Origin: Squalus acanthias
Taxonomy: Eukaryota
NCBI GenBank assembly: GCA_030390025.1
Contig: CM059432.1
Location: forward strand, 134,480,001 to 134,544,000
Direction of reading: 5' to 3'
DNA: 64,000 bases
Position 1 is the stretch's first letter, and every line of letters starts with the position of its first letter. Made by a program: the position numbers and the translations under genes. Below the pieces are notes generated by a model that saw nothing but the letters and a program-made list of their open reading frames with translations, searched no databases and was not told the DNA's origin. Positions 36,551 through 49,800 of this stretch are shown here, in pieces.

Positions 36551-38269
36551 TACAACTACACTGACAGTTGACAGCAAAATTGAATGATAAATGTTGACAT
36601 TACAAATTACAACGGTAAATATTAACAAAAGCATGGGCAAAATTCAAAACATTAGGAAGTAAGACTTGTGGACAGGAAGTATGCACTTTATGTAAGATTT
36701 TTATTAATATATAGATATAACATTTTGCCATTAACTAATCTAAATGCATTTTCTTTGAATAAATAGATTGATTTTTAATTGATCAAAGAGCAAATAAACT
36801 TGCACTCCCATCAAATAGATTTATATTCTGGTTTAGATGTTACCAATTGGGAAAAGGAAACATTATATTTAATTTCAATTGTACTGCTTTATAATATCAG
36901 CAGTTGATTACAATCCATTACAAATTACTTACAATTCTTTGAACGACTTATAGAGAATAAGCATATAAAACCATAACGCGCAAGATTATTATACTTCTCC
37001 TGAGAACTGAGGCACAAAAATTAACATGCAAATCAATTTTAAACCAAACCAGCAATAGGTGGAAATTAGAATTTTATTTAAAATATCCTGGATAAAATGT
37101 CATCAATTTGCAATTAGTAAAACTAACAACCATAAATGAGAAAAAGTGAAATAGAATATCACTAACATGCAGTACTTCCAAGAAATCAAGTACAATACGA
37201 GAACCTGTATTTTGATTTATGTCAAGAATGGGATCCCTGAATCGCTCAGTGGATTAAATGTATCAAGTATTATGGTTGCATATAGTGACACCACTATACC
37301 CGGCCAGAAATGAGATGATTGGGTAATTTCCCCGTCAATCACTGCTGTAAGTGACTTGGATTGATTTTATGCACATAACTTGTATTGTGTAACTATCCTC
37401 CAGTCCCTGCATTTTGCTGGAGAAATCACCCTGCTTTTATTGGGAGACTGCTGTTGTTTCAGTCATGAATTATGTTTGCTGTCATTGGTAAAGACAATTT
37501 TTAAATAGATTCTGTAGACTGCTGTAGTGCACTGTTTAAATAGACTCTGTTTGCTGAGTAAATAGACTTTGTGTGAGTCCTGCCGTAAGCCCCCCCCCAC
37601 TGCCTCCAACTCATTGGCTGGCACAGTGGTGTCAATAAACACACGGAAGTATTATGGCAGTGAGCCATAAAGTCTAGGACTGTCCAGTGATCTGTCCCTG
37701 GGCTAGCTAAGTGAGCTGATCACAGCAGGAGAGATGCTACAATGGCCTTGGCGTTTCTGGGCTAAGGAAGAGTAAAATCATCCAGCGTTCCTGTTCCTAA
37801 TTGCTACCCAGTGATCCCTGCTGGAAGTACATGCACGTGGACAACAGTTGAGGAACTGGATCAGACTTTTGGCTGTGCTGCCTTCCCAGTGTCCAATACC
37901 TCAATGGCTACTTGGATGAGATCATGGATGGCCACCACTACCTCGAGGAACATACTGCAGCACAAGCAGCAGACAAGGGCAAAGGGAGAAAATTGGAACA
38001 AAAATCAAAAATATATTATTCCATTTCCTTCACAACAAAAAACTTCAAAAAAATATAAAGACAATTAAGGAAGTAAAATAAATCCCAATGATCTATTAGG
38101 GCTACAATCCCCACCTTCTAACATCACTAACATTGAAAACAGATCACCCTTGCCCTCAAAATATTAATAAATCATTTTTAGCAGCATGCTGTTCCATGTT
38201 TTCCAGATGAAAACACCAACCAAAACCATTTAGTCCTCTTTTCAGAGATCACATAAGAAACCTAGAACA

Positions 38270-40366
38270 CATTGGGAAAACTTTAAAAGACAGCAAAAAA
38301 TAACAAAAAGATTGATTAAGAAAGGGAAGATAGATTATGAAAGTAAATTAGCAAAAAATATAAAAACAGATAGTAAGAGTTTTTATAGTTATATAAAAAG
38401 AAAAAGGGTGGCTAAAGTAAATGTTGGTCCCTTAGAGGATGAGACCAGGAAATTAATGGTGGGAAATATGGAGATGGCAAATACACTGAATGAATATTTT
38501 GTATCAGTCTTTACAGTAGAGGACACTAAGAATATCCCAACACTGGACAAACAGGGGGCTATAGGGTGGGGGAGGAGCTAAACACAATCAAAATCACCAA
38601 GGAAGTGGTACTCAGTAAAATAATGGGACTCAAGGCGGATAAATCACCTGGACCTGATGGCTTACATCCTAGGGTCTTGAGGGAAGTGGCGGTAGGGATT
38701 GTGGATGCATTGGTAATAATTTTCAAAAACTCCCTGGACTCAGCAAAGATCCCGGCAGACTGGAAAACTGCTAATGTAACACCCTTATTTAAAAAGGGCA
38801 GTAGACAGAAGGCTGGAAACTATACATCTGTTAGCCTAACATCTGTGGTAGGTAAAATTTTGGAGTCCATTATTAAGGAGACAGTAACGGGACATTTGGA
38901 TAATCATAATTTAATAGGACAAAGTCAGCATGGTTTTATGAAGGGGAAGTCATGTTTGACAAATTTGCTGGAGTTCTTTGAGGAAGTAACATACAGGGCG
39001 GATAAAGGGGAACCAGTGGATGTGGTGTATTTAGACTTCCAAAAGGCATTTGACAAGGTGCCACACAAAAGATTATTGCTTAAGATAAAAAAATCATGGG
39101 ATTGGGGGTAATATTCTGGCATGGATAGAGGATTGGCTATCTAACAGAAGGCAGAGAGTTGGGATAAATGGTTCATTCTCAGACTGGCAATCAGTAACTA
39201 GTGGTGTTCCGCAGGGGTCAGTGCTGGGTCCTCAATTCTTTACAATCTATATTAACGATTTGGAGGAGGAGACTGAGTGTAACATCAAAGTTTGCAGATG
39301 ATACTAAGATAGGAGGGAAAGTAGTGAGTGAGGAGGACATAAAAAATCTGCAAGGGGACATAGACAAGCTAAGTAAGTGGGCAGAGATTTGGCAGATGGA
39401 ATACAATACTGGAAAGTGTGAGGTTATGCACTTTGGCAGGAAAAATAGTAGAGCAAGTTATTATCTTAATGGCAAGAAATTGGAGAGTACTGAAGTACAA
39501 AGGGATCTGGGGGTCCTGGTGCACGAAACTCAAAAGGTTAGTATGCAGGTGCAGCAAGTGATTAAGAAGGCCAATGGAATGTTGGCTTTCATTGCTAGGG
39601 GGATAGAATATAAAAATAGGGAGGTATTGCTTCAGTTGTACAAGGTATTGGTGAGACCGCACCTGGAATACTGCATACAGTTTTGGTGTCCATACTTAAG
39701 AAAAGACATACTTGCTCTCGAGTCAGTACAAAGAAGGTTCACTCGGTTAATCCCGGGGATGAGGGGATGGACATATGAGGAGAGGTTGGGTAGATTGGGA
39801 CTCTACTCATTGGAGTTCAGAAGAATGAGAGGCGATCTTATTGAAACATATAAAATTGTGAAGGGGTTGGATCGGGTGGATGCGGGGAGGATGTTCCCGA
39901 TGATGGGTGAAACTAGAACTAGGGGGCATAGTCTTAGAATAAGGGGCTGCTCTTTCAAAACTGAGATGAGAAGGAACTACTTCACTCAGAGGGTGGTAGG
40001 CCCATGGAATATGCTGCCCCAAAAAGCTGTAGAAGCTACATCATTACATAAATTTAAAACAGAAATAGACAGTTTCCTAGAAGTAAAGGGAATTAAGGGT
40101 TACGGGGAGCGGGCAGGAATTTGGACATGAGTCTAGGTTCGGATTGGTCATGGCCCTGTGGGTAGCGCAACAGGCCCAGGGGCCGTGTAGCCTGATCCTG
40201 CTCCTATTTCGTGTGTCCAATTCTGTTAGGTTCAGGAGATGGTTCTGTGATAGTAGATTGGCGGTTAGGATCAGATCAGCCATGATCTTATTGAATGGCG
40301 GAGCAGGCACGAGGGGCCAATTGGCCTACTCCTGCTCCTATTTCTTATGTTCTTATGTTCTTATGT
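38270..40366 (+). mobile_element. CR1 LINE, 5'-truncated (RT + 3' UTR)
   Basis: ORFs 38566-39111 and 39201-40130 carry YLDFQKAFDKVPH and FADD; (ttcttatg)n tail. Confidence 0.93.
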
Positions 40367-40765
40367 AACACATAATGTGTATAAATCACCTTCTGATACT
40401 AGTGTATGCAATGAAAACACAGGAAAGAAGGTTAAAATTCTGAGACAGGGGAACTTGTTGCTAAAATTTGTATATGGAGACTGTGATCCAGATTTGATGC
40501 AATGTGCCATGTACATATGTGTTAAAACTCGTCAACTGTGTCACTGTAGCAGCTGATTGTTGACATCATTGGAAGTTTTGCTACCAGCCCCATTCTGCTT
40601 TGATTATCATCGCTTCTCCTCTATGTATGTTTAAGGTTTACAGATTACCTTCACCTATTCCGCACTTGAATATGTAGAACACAAGTCAAAAGGAATCTAG
40701 GATAGGCCCCTCAACGTAAGCAAAACTGCTGTACATGCCTGCTGAGTAGTTTTGCTTACACTGAG

Positions 40766-41230
40766 TGTCAGCTGTGGCTCAGTGGGCAGCACTCTTGCCT
40801 CTGAGTCAGAAGGTTGTGAATTCAAGACCCACTCCAGAGACTTGAGCACATAATCTAGGCTGACATTCCAGTGCAGTGCTGAGGGAGTGCTGCACTGTCG
40901 GAGATGCCATCTTTCGGATGAGATGTTAAACCGAGGCTCTGTCTGCTCTCTCAGATGGACATAAAAAATCCCATGGCACTATTTCACAAAGAGCAGAGGA
41001 GTTCTCCCTGGTGTCCTGCCCAATATTTATCCCTCAATCAACATCACTAAAACAGATTATCTGGTCATTTTCACATTGTTGTTTGTGGGAGCTTGCTGTG
41101 CACAAATTGGCTGCCACATTTCCCACATTACAACAGTGACCACACTTCAAAAGTTCTTCATTGGCTGTAAAGCGCTTTGGGAAGTCTGGTAGTCGTGAAA
41201 GGGGCTATAGAAATGCAAGTCTTTCTTTTC
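40766..41230 (+). mobile_element. tRNA-derived SINE, SacSINE1/DeuSINE-like, full length
   Basis: A box (tggctcagtgg) and B box (ttcaagacc) head with an L2-like tail; homologous to 56703-57425. Confidence 0.8.
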
Positions 41231-41384
41231 TGAGTATGGCTAAGAACTAATGGCATTAAAGTTTAAAAGGCAGACAATGAAGGGAGGAATAATTAAGATG
41301 GGTTGAATGAGAGTTGCTTAGAAAAGGGTTAAATCAGTTTAATGTGCAAAGGCGGGTTAAAATCAAGAAACAAGGGCTCTGCCA

Positions 41385-41690
41385 ATGGCACAACAGTTTA
41401 TCCAGTGAGTAGCTGAGCTATACAGACCAGGAAGGTCCCAGGTTTGATGTCCATTCTGTTCTGAGTGAAGTGTGCTGATCTCACCTCGGCAAAGGTGCTA
41501 ATCATTATTCAGTGAGCTTTGCAGGAAGTACACATGTGGATATTGGGTGCGGGCAGGACTGGTATTGGTGATGTTGCTTCCTACGACCGAATAACCTGCA
41601 GGCATGAAAATTGGTTGCCTGAGCTAGATACCAGAGGATGAGCAGTGGGCACAGAAGTGGAGCCCAGCAAGAAGTCAATGCCTTGACGAG
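41385..41690 (+). mobile_element. Old SINE-like repeat (related degraded copy at about 37660-37990)
   Basis: B-box-like ggtttgatgtcc and shared gctgatc and cgtgga/atgtgga segments. Confidence 0.35.
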
Positions 41691-42336
41691 GAGGAGAAGA
41701 TTGGTAAGAAGAAAAAAAAACAGGTATAGAAAGGTAAGAGAAAGAGGAAATGTATTTTGCTCAAGTTTAATAGCTATAAATGACCCTAAACCTAATGCTA
41801 GATGTCCATGACTGACTAGCAATGGTGACCAGGATATTGTTTCTGCACCAGTAATATTGAGGTTTGATAAAGCAACAATTGATCGCTGCTGGTACTAATC
41901 CTGCTCCCTACACTGTAGTGTCTGACCTGACAGCTTACTAAGCAAGTCATAAGTGAATCAACGCCTATATAGATTGATGAATAGCACTGGACAAATAGCA
42001 GAGCTGCTGGCTGTCTATCTGATGGGTGCACATGTACAGTTTTGGAGATCAGGAGTTGGAGGTACATCACACACACTGTGGAGAGAGTGGAAGGAAATGT
42101 CAATTACTGTTAGTCAACCAACCTCTGTGTAACTGATGACAGCAGCATAAGGAAACTATCTCTGTGAAGGAAGGTAGAAATATGAAAAAGTTTAATTCTT
42201 TTTAAAATTAAAAATCAGGCTGCTCTCTTGGCTTTGTACTTTCCCACCACAGTAATACAAACATGATAGATTCCTTGCTCAGAACCTTTTGAATGGCAGC
42301 AATCCAAATTGATACCAGGTTTTACAATGTGATAAT

Positions 42337-43063
42337 GGTCCGGAATTTGTGGTTGTAATGACTGCGAAACTGTCGGCGTTTGCCGTCATTACAACTGGGA
42401 AACTGACAGCAACTTCTGGCGTCCGCACATGCACAGTTAAACACAGAATTTCAGAAGTCATTCCCTGTTCCTCCACAGGGCGCACTTTTGAACTCCCCAC
42501 AGCCGGCAATCAAGTGAAATCACTGAACTGATGAGAACTTCAGCTTTTACGCTCTTATATCACTGTTAAAATACCCTGAAAAAGTTAAGCCTTGTACAAT
42601 GAGGTGTAACTGGGTTTTTAATGGCGTACTGAGTCATAGCTACTGCTGAACAACTGTTCTGGCCCTGAAAAACTAATTTATTCCATTATGATAAAAATTC
42701 CATGGTTTTTTAATATAATTTTTTTTAAAGTTTGTTTATGATATTTCAGCTTCTACCTTAATCCCAAGTGTATGTCTCAATCTTTATTTCGCTCTCTGTA
42801 AAATGACTTAAAAAGTGAAGAATAATCAGTGCATTTTACTTCCTGGTTTGCTGTCTGTGAGAATTCTTCAATGTGATTGGCTGCTTAGCCAGATTGATGA
42901 CATTACTGTTGCTGGACGCTGGAGATCCCCTTGGCGCCAGAATGAAATTAACGTTGGGAGAGGTGAAATCAACGTCACAGAGATTGCTAGATCTTTGTAG
43001 GCAGCTTTCTTCGAGGTCAGCAGCGAGCGCCGTCACTTTGCCGCTGACCGCAAAATCCGGGCC
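42337..43063. mobile_element. Harbinger-type MITE
   Basis: TIRs GGTCCGGAATTTGTGG and CCGCAAAATCCGGGCC with TSD AAT. Confidence 0.75.
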
Positions 43064-44654
43064 AATGTAACCAACCAGTGAAGAATCAGATGCTGAGTGA
43101 CAACACACAAGTGAGGATATGCGGGTGGTCATTCAGGGAAACAATGAAATAATGGGGCATGGGTCAATAATGAGAGAATGAAAGGCATGAAGAGAGAGAG
43201 AGATATTTGCTAAGATTGGCTGTTCTTTTCTAATTGTTTAAATGAAGTTGCCTTTGACCCCTTGATGAATAGAATAGAATGGCATCATGATTGACAGGCT
43301 GAAGAAATTTAAAAAAAAGACATGAAATTTAATTCAAAAGAATGTTCAATTTCTATGTCTTAAAATAATTTAAAACATCTCTAAGTTGGAATTTTGCAAG
43401 AGATACTTAGTTAAATATTATACAATTCAACAAAAAGAAGTGCAGCAGAATACAACTTAAAATATTCGTACACATCAGTCAGTCAACCAACCATAAATTA
43501 TGTCATTGTTCTCGGTTCTAATGCAAAAGTAACAATTTATATGTTTAAATTCACACATAACTAGTGCCTGTGGTGCAAGTGCGAAGAATGTAAATCACAC
43601 AAAGCAGCTTCCTACTTTACTGATTGACCAAGTCTGCACAATGGTCTCCATCTCACTTGATCTGCCCCCATTCCAGAGCTGCAGTATGTTTCCCTCCAAT
43701 AATGCCCCTATTCTGTTTCAGTTTCGGTGCTGGGCTGGCATTTCTCTTAGCCCCTTTCTTATTCTGGTTTTTATGATTGCCACCCCCATTCATTATTTAG
43801 TCCACTCAACTTCTTTTAGAAACAATTCGGCCTGAAGTTCCTGGGATCCAGAAGGAGTTGATGATTTCCCTCTGACAGGGGCAACTTGATTCGATCTGGA
43901 TTCCACCCCGCTTATAGTGCCTCTTCAAATGAGTTGATCTTAATCCCACCACCCAACCCCCCTCTCCCCCACCAATGCCAAATAGATATGTCAGGCAGAG
44001 TTTCAGAGTTTTTCCTGTAAAATTCTGCCCAGAAATTACACCTGTAACGTCTCAGAGCTGAGAGCTGCTGTGAGTGCCCTCATGGCCTTAAGGCAGCCCA
44101 AAACCAAAGGGGATCAATTACCTTCCCAACAGATCCACTTGCTTGATTGAGAGCAGAAGAGTAAAGAAGTACATTTCCATTGGGCCCTTGTCGGCCTCTT
44201 CTCTGTCGTCAGAGTGGCTCTGACATTCCAACTTCCGATTCTTGGTGGGTGCCACTGAAGACTCTTAGAAAATGTGAAGCACCCACCCCAGCCGTGCAAA
44301 CGGGGCTGTCCCCACAATTTGGGACGAGGTTTGCATCTACAGGCGTGGGCAGACAGGTGGTCCACTCTGTCACACATGTGCCAACGGACCAGAACCTCCA
44401 GGCATTGCAGAGACCATTTGCCTTTCAGTCTGAGGAAAGGGATGTGCATGCAAACAATTCAATTCATGGACAGGATTTGGAAAAGCCTTCACCCATTGGG
44501 AATTTGAAGAAAAAATTGGATTTTTAAGATACCACAGAGCTTGTCTCACCATACAGTTTCTCTGGAAAGTGGTTCTGCTTTATTTACTGGTTATTTTAAT
44601 CGGCGACTTCCTCCTTAAGGTACTTATATTTTCTCCCCTTCTACTTTCCATTGC

Positions 44655-45583
44655 TGTGTCCAGGCCACACACTAACCACTATAGGATCCCAGTGGGATCC
44701 TTGGTTCCAAATGATTCGAGGTTGACCCGTATTGGGGACAGTGATTTAACTTTATTCAGCACGAGCAAGACTTAATACATTACAGTATTCGAGCAGCAGT
44801 TTACAGAGAATAATTGAGACTTATATTACCACTTATACTCTGGGTAGAAGCCGCAACCGTGAGTAGGCTGCGCCCTGTGTCTCTTGTCTCTCTCTCTCTC
44901 TCTCTCCGTCTCCCGGGTGTCTCTTTGAGTCGTCCTGAAATCTCTTGCTCCTGAGATCTTCTACTCCTGAAATCTTCTACAATTTGTGGCTGTTAAGACC
45001 CCCTTCTTATACCTTTACTCTCATTCAAAACCTCTGGAATCCTCCTGAACCAATCACTGGCTGACCCCCAAACCCAAAATCCAATCATAAAGATGCCCCG
45101 TTTGTAGCACCCTGGCTTACGCAGGTTTTTAGTCTGATGACACTCTTACGTCATCTGTGTTTGACCATCAAGACTCATATCTGGGGTAGTCATGGCAACA
45201 CAAAAGGAATATGTCTCCATGGGTTGAGATACGGCCCCTGCTGTTGGCCTTTGTTTTTATTCACTGCGGATGTTATAACATTCCATCACAGTGGTAACTA
45301 CAGCTAACCTTGGTTTCCAGGCTAACTGCAGTCTATTCAACCATGGCAATCTCTTTCTCACCCCAGGTTGTCTGGTTACAGCTTACTCACAGACTTTTAA
45401 GGATAAGAAAAAGGGTTACATGTTATACAGAATTCAGGTTTTTCTTGTATGCAGTTGATTACAAACTCCTACATTTAATCCTTACACACAATTATAGATC
45501 TATTACTGATGATTATAAGATATTAATGGTTATAAGATAGTAAAGCAAGTATTCTAAAAACCAACTAACATGTAATTCATAAC
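44655..45583 (-). mobile_element. Probable LTR, minus strand, with adjacent internal sequence
   Basis: Minus strand reads TGTTATG...CACA with TATAAG and AATAAA in LTR order. A purine-rich tract lies just upstream. No TSD seen. Confidence 0.4.
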
Positions 45584-46889
45584 AATCCTCTGGTCCCTGC
45601 CTCTTATCTCAGTCTCTGGAATTCCATTAATTTTCTCAACTTTTCTCACAGACTGACTGTCGCTTTGCTAACAAGGCTTGCTGGAGTCTGCCTCAGTTAA
45701 TATTCGGTCAAGCAGGCCTTTTTCTTCCATTTTAAAATCTAACCGGGTCTACCCAAGGCATATTACACTAGTTTAGAAGCATGATTATTCAAGAATCGCC
45801 GTGCATTGACTCACAGTTACATAATACAAACTTAAACCTACAACTAATAATGCTTATATAATTTCATCCATGTTAGCTCATGGGAATCTGAAATGGAGAG
45901 TTCTCAGGATTCTTACACCACAGCCAAGAGGGGAATGGGTCATCTGCTCCCAGGGTTGCACCGCTTCAAAACTGGTTGCTCAGAGATGCTCAAGAGCAGA
46001 CCAAGGTGACTATCCCTCTGATTTCCCTTCTTCCCAATGGGGAAATAGTTGGCGTATGCTCTACATCTCTCGAAAGTGGCAAGCTATAATATTTTCTTAC
46101 ACTGTGCATGCACATTGAAACAAAGCAGATATAAGTAATGAAGGAGAACTTAGATCATCATGATAATGGGTTTGGTTCAAAAATATTGAAATACTGACTG
46201 GAATGTATAAAAATATTATGTAGGTTTTGTTATTTCATGTGGGTGTGGGAAAAACAATCATTAGCTACTCCATAGAAATATCCAATACACTTTGGTGTTT
46301 ATCTCACAGGCAGGGGCTCTAGAATCAGCCAACAGGAATCAAAAGAGCGAGTCACTGAGGGTACTTCACATATGAGCTATTATTTAAGGAGGTATAGCGT
46401 GGGATGAGACATGGAGTAGTCGGTAGGGGATTAAACAAGGCAGAGGAAAATATTGCCGTCTGGTCTGACTACTGAACAGTTTTTTTTTAAGTTACTCATC
46501 ACCTTTTGAGACAGAATTCTATATCAATTAACTTCCTTTTGAATATAACCCAAAACAGCTGACAATCTGTATGAGAAAAAAATGACTCACTTGCTCAATT
46601 CCTTCTCAATTATATTGACATTTTGTCCTAACTAGCTTAACACAAGGACATTTGGGGGGGGGGGAAATTGGGTTGCTTTGCGCTTCCTGGGGAGGCTAAC
46701 GGGGCGCAAAGGCCCGAGCGCCCAGGCGCGGTGCCACTAACGCCTCCCGCGAAATTCAGTAGGAGGTTAGCGGTGGCCGGTAGCACCCCGCAGTGCTGCG
46801 CCGCCAGCGATGACGTCATTGCCGTGCGCAGCGTCCCGCTCAGGCGCCAGCCTCAAACTTGGGTTGTGCCCCCTGACCTATCGCCTGAT

Positions 46890-49800
46890 TGTAGTGTAAT
46901 TTGTGGTATTGATTTGATTTAATTTAATTTAAATTAATTAAAGGGTAAGTCATGGCAGCACAGCTCGGCCCCATGGCATGCTCCTCCTGCACTATGCGGG
47001 AAATCAGGGACACTTCCTGTGTCCCTGACGACCATGTGTGCAGGAAGTGTATCCAGCTGCAGCTACTGGCAGACCGCATTGCGGCGCTGGAGCTGCGAAT
47101 GGATACATACTGGAGCATTCGCGATGCTGAGGACGTCGTGGATATCACGTTTAAGGAGTTGGTCACACCGCAGGTAAAGGCTGCACAGGCAGGAAGGGAA
47201 TGGGTGTCCGCCAGGCAGAGTAGTAGGCACAGGCAGGTAGTGCAGGGGTCCCCTGTGGCCATCCCCCTCTCAAACAGATATACCGCTTTGGATATTGTTG
47301 AGGAGGATGGCTTATCAGGGGAAGGCAGCAGCAACCAACTTCCTGGCACCATGGGTGGTTCTGCTGCACAGGATGGAAGGAAAAAGAGCGGGAGAGCTAT
47401 AGTGATAGGGGATTCTATTTTAAGGGCAATAGATAGGCGTTTCTGCGGCTGCAAAAGAGACTCCAGGATGGTATGTTGCCTCCCTGGTGCAAGGGTCAAG
47501 GATGTCTCGGAGCGGCTGCAGGGCATTCTGGAGGGGGAGGGAGAGGGAGTTGTCGTGGTGCATATAGGTACCAACGATATAGGTAAAAAACAGGATGAGG
47601 TCCTAAAAGCTGACTATAGGGAGTTAGGAGGTAAATTAAAAAATAGTACCTCAAAGGTAGTAATCTCAGGATTGCTACCAGTGCCACGTACTAGTCACAG
47701 TAGAAATAGAAGGATATTTCAGATGAATACGTGGCTAGAAGAATGGTGCAAGGGGGAGGGATTCAAATTCCTGGGACATTGGAACTGGTTCTGGGGGAGG
47801 TGGGACCAGTACAAACTGGACGGTTTGCACCTGGGCAGGACCGGGACCAATGTCCTAGGGGGAGTGTTTGCTAGTACTGTTGGGGAGGGTTTAAATTAAA
47901 ATGGCAGGAGGTTGGGAACCTGTGCAGGGAGACAGAGGAAAGGGAAGCAAGGATAGAAGCAAAAGACAGGAAGGAGAAAAGAAAAAGTGGAAGTCAGAGA
48001 AATCAAGGGTGTAAATTAAACATGGCCACAGTAAACAATAATTCTAAAAGGTCAAAGAGTGTTAAAAAAACAAGCCTGAAGGCTTTGTGTCTTAATGCGA
48101 GGAGCATTCGTAATAAGGTGGATGAATTAGCTGCACAAATAGATGTAAACGGATATGATATAATTGGGATTATGGAGACATGGCTCCAGGGTGACCAAGA
48201 CTGGGAATTCAACATCCAGGGGTATTCAATATTCAGGAAGGACAGGCAAAAAGGAAAAGGAGGTGGGGTAGCATTGCTGGTTAAAGAGGAGATTAACACA
48301 AAAGTAAGGAAGGATATTAGCTCTGATGATGTGGAATCTGTATGGGTAGAGCTGAGAAATACCAAGGGGCAGAAAATGTTAGTGGGAGTTGTATACAGAC
48401 CCCCAAACAGTAATGCTGAGGTTGGGGATGGCATTAACTGGAAAATTAGAGATGCGTGCAATAAGGGCACAGCAGTTATCATGGGTGACTTTAATCTACA
48501 TATAGATTGGGCTAACCAAATTAGTAACAATACTGTGGAAGAGGAATTCCTAGAGTGCATACGGGATGGTTTCCTGGACCAATATGTCGAGGAACCAACT
48601 AGAGATCAGGCCATCTTAGACTGGATATTATGTAATGAAAAAGGATTAATTAGCAATCTTGTTGTGTGAGGCCCCTTGGGGAGGAGCGATCAAAATATGA
48701 TAGAATTCTTCATTAAGATGGAGAGTGAAGTAGTAGTTGACTCAGAGACTAGGGTACTGAATTTAAATAAAGGAAACTACGATGGTATGAGGCGCGAGTT
48801 GGCTAGGATGGATTGGGGAATGTTACTTAAAGGGTTGACAGTGGATAGGCAATGGCAAACATTTAAAGATCGCATGGATGAACTACAGAATTTGTTCATC
48901 CCTGTTTGGCATAAAAATAAAACAAAAAAGGTGACTCAACCGTGGCTAACAAGGGAAATTAGGGATAGCATAAGATCCAAGGAGAGGACATATAAATTGG
49001 CCAGAAAAAGCAGCAAACCTGAGGATTGGGAGCAGTTTAGGATTCAGTAAAGGAGGACAAAGGGATTAATTAAGAGGGGGGAAATAGAGTATGAGAGTAA
49101 GCTTGCATGGAACATAAAAACTGACTGTAAAAGCTTCTATAGATATGTGACGAGAAAAAAGTTTGGTGAAGTCAAGCGTAGGTCCCTTGCAGTCATAATC
49201 AGGGGAATTTATAATGGGGAACAAAGAAATGGCAGACCAATTAAATACATACTTTGGTTCTGTCTTCACAAAGGAGGACACAAATAAACTCCCAGAGATG
49301 TCGGGGAACATAGGGTCTAATGAGAGGGAGGAATTGAATGAAATCAGTATTTGTAGGGAAATGGTGTTAGGGAAATTGACGGGATTGAAGGCCGATAAAT
49401 CCCCAGGGCCTGATAATCTACATCCTAGGGTACTTAAGGAAGTGGCCCTAGAAATAGTAGATGCATTGCTGGTCATCTTCCAAAATTCTATAGACTCTGG
49501 AACAGTTCCCATGGATTGGAGGGTAGCTAATATAACCCCACTATTTAAAAAAGTTGGTAGAGAGAAAACGGGGAATTATAGACTGGTAAAACTGACATCG
49601 GTTGTGGGGAAAATGCTAGAGTCCATTATAAAAGATGTAATAGCAGAGCACTTGGAAACAGTGACAGGATCGGACAAAGTCAACATGGATTTACAAAAGG
49701 TAAATCATGCTTGACTAATCTACTAGAATTTTTTGAGGATGTAACTGGTAGAATAGATAGGGAGAACCAGTGGATGTGGTGTATTTGGACTTTCAGAAGG

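Noticed and set aside
36361..36551. MITE or assembly fold-back explanation for the palindrome
   Set aside because: The 15-bp TSD, the asymmetric tail and the single-arm homologs at 2980 and 54447 fit a Penelope-type insertion better. Read-level confirmation is still needed.
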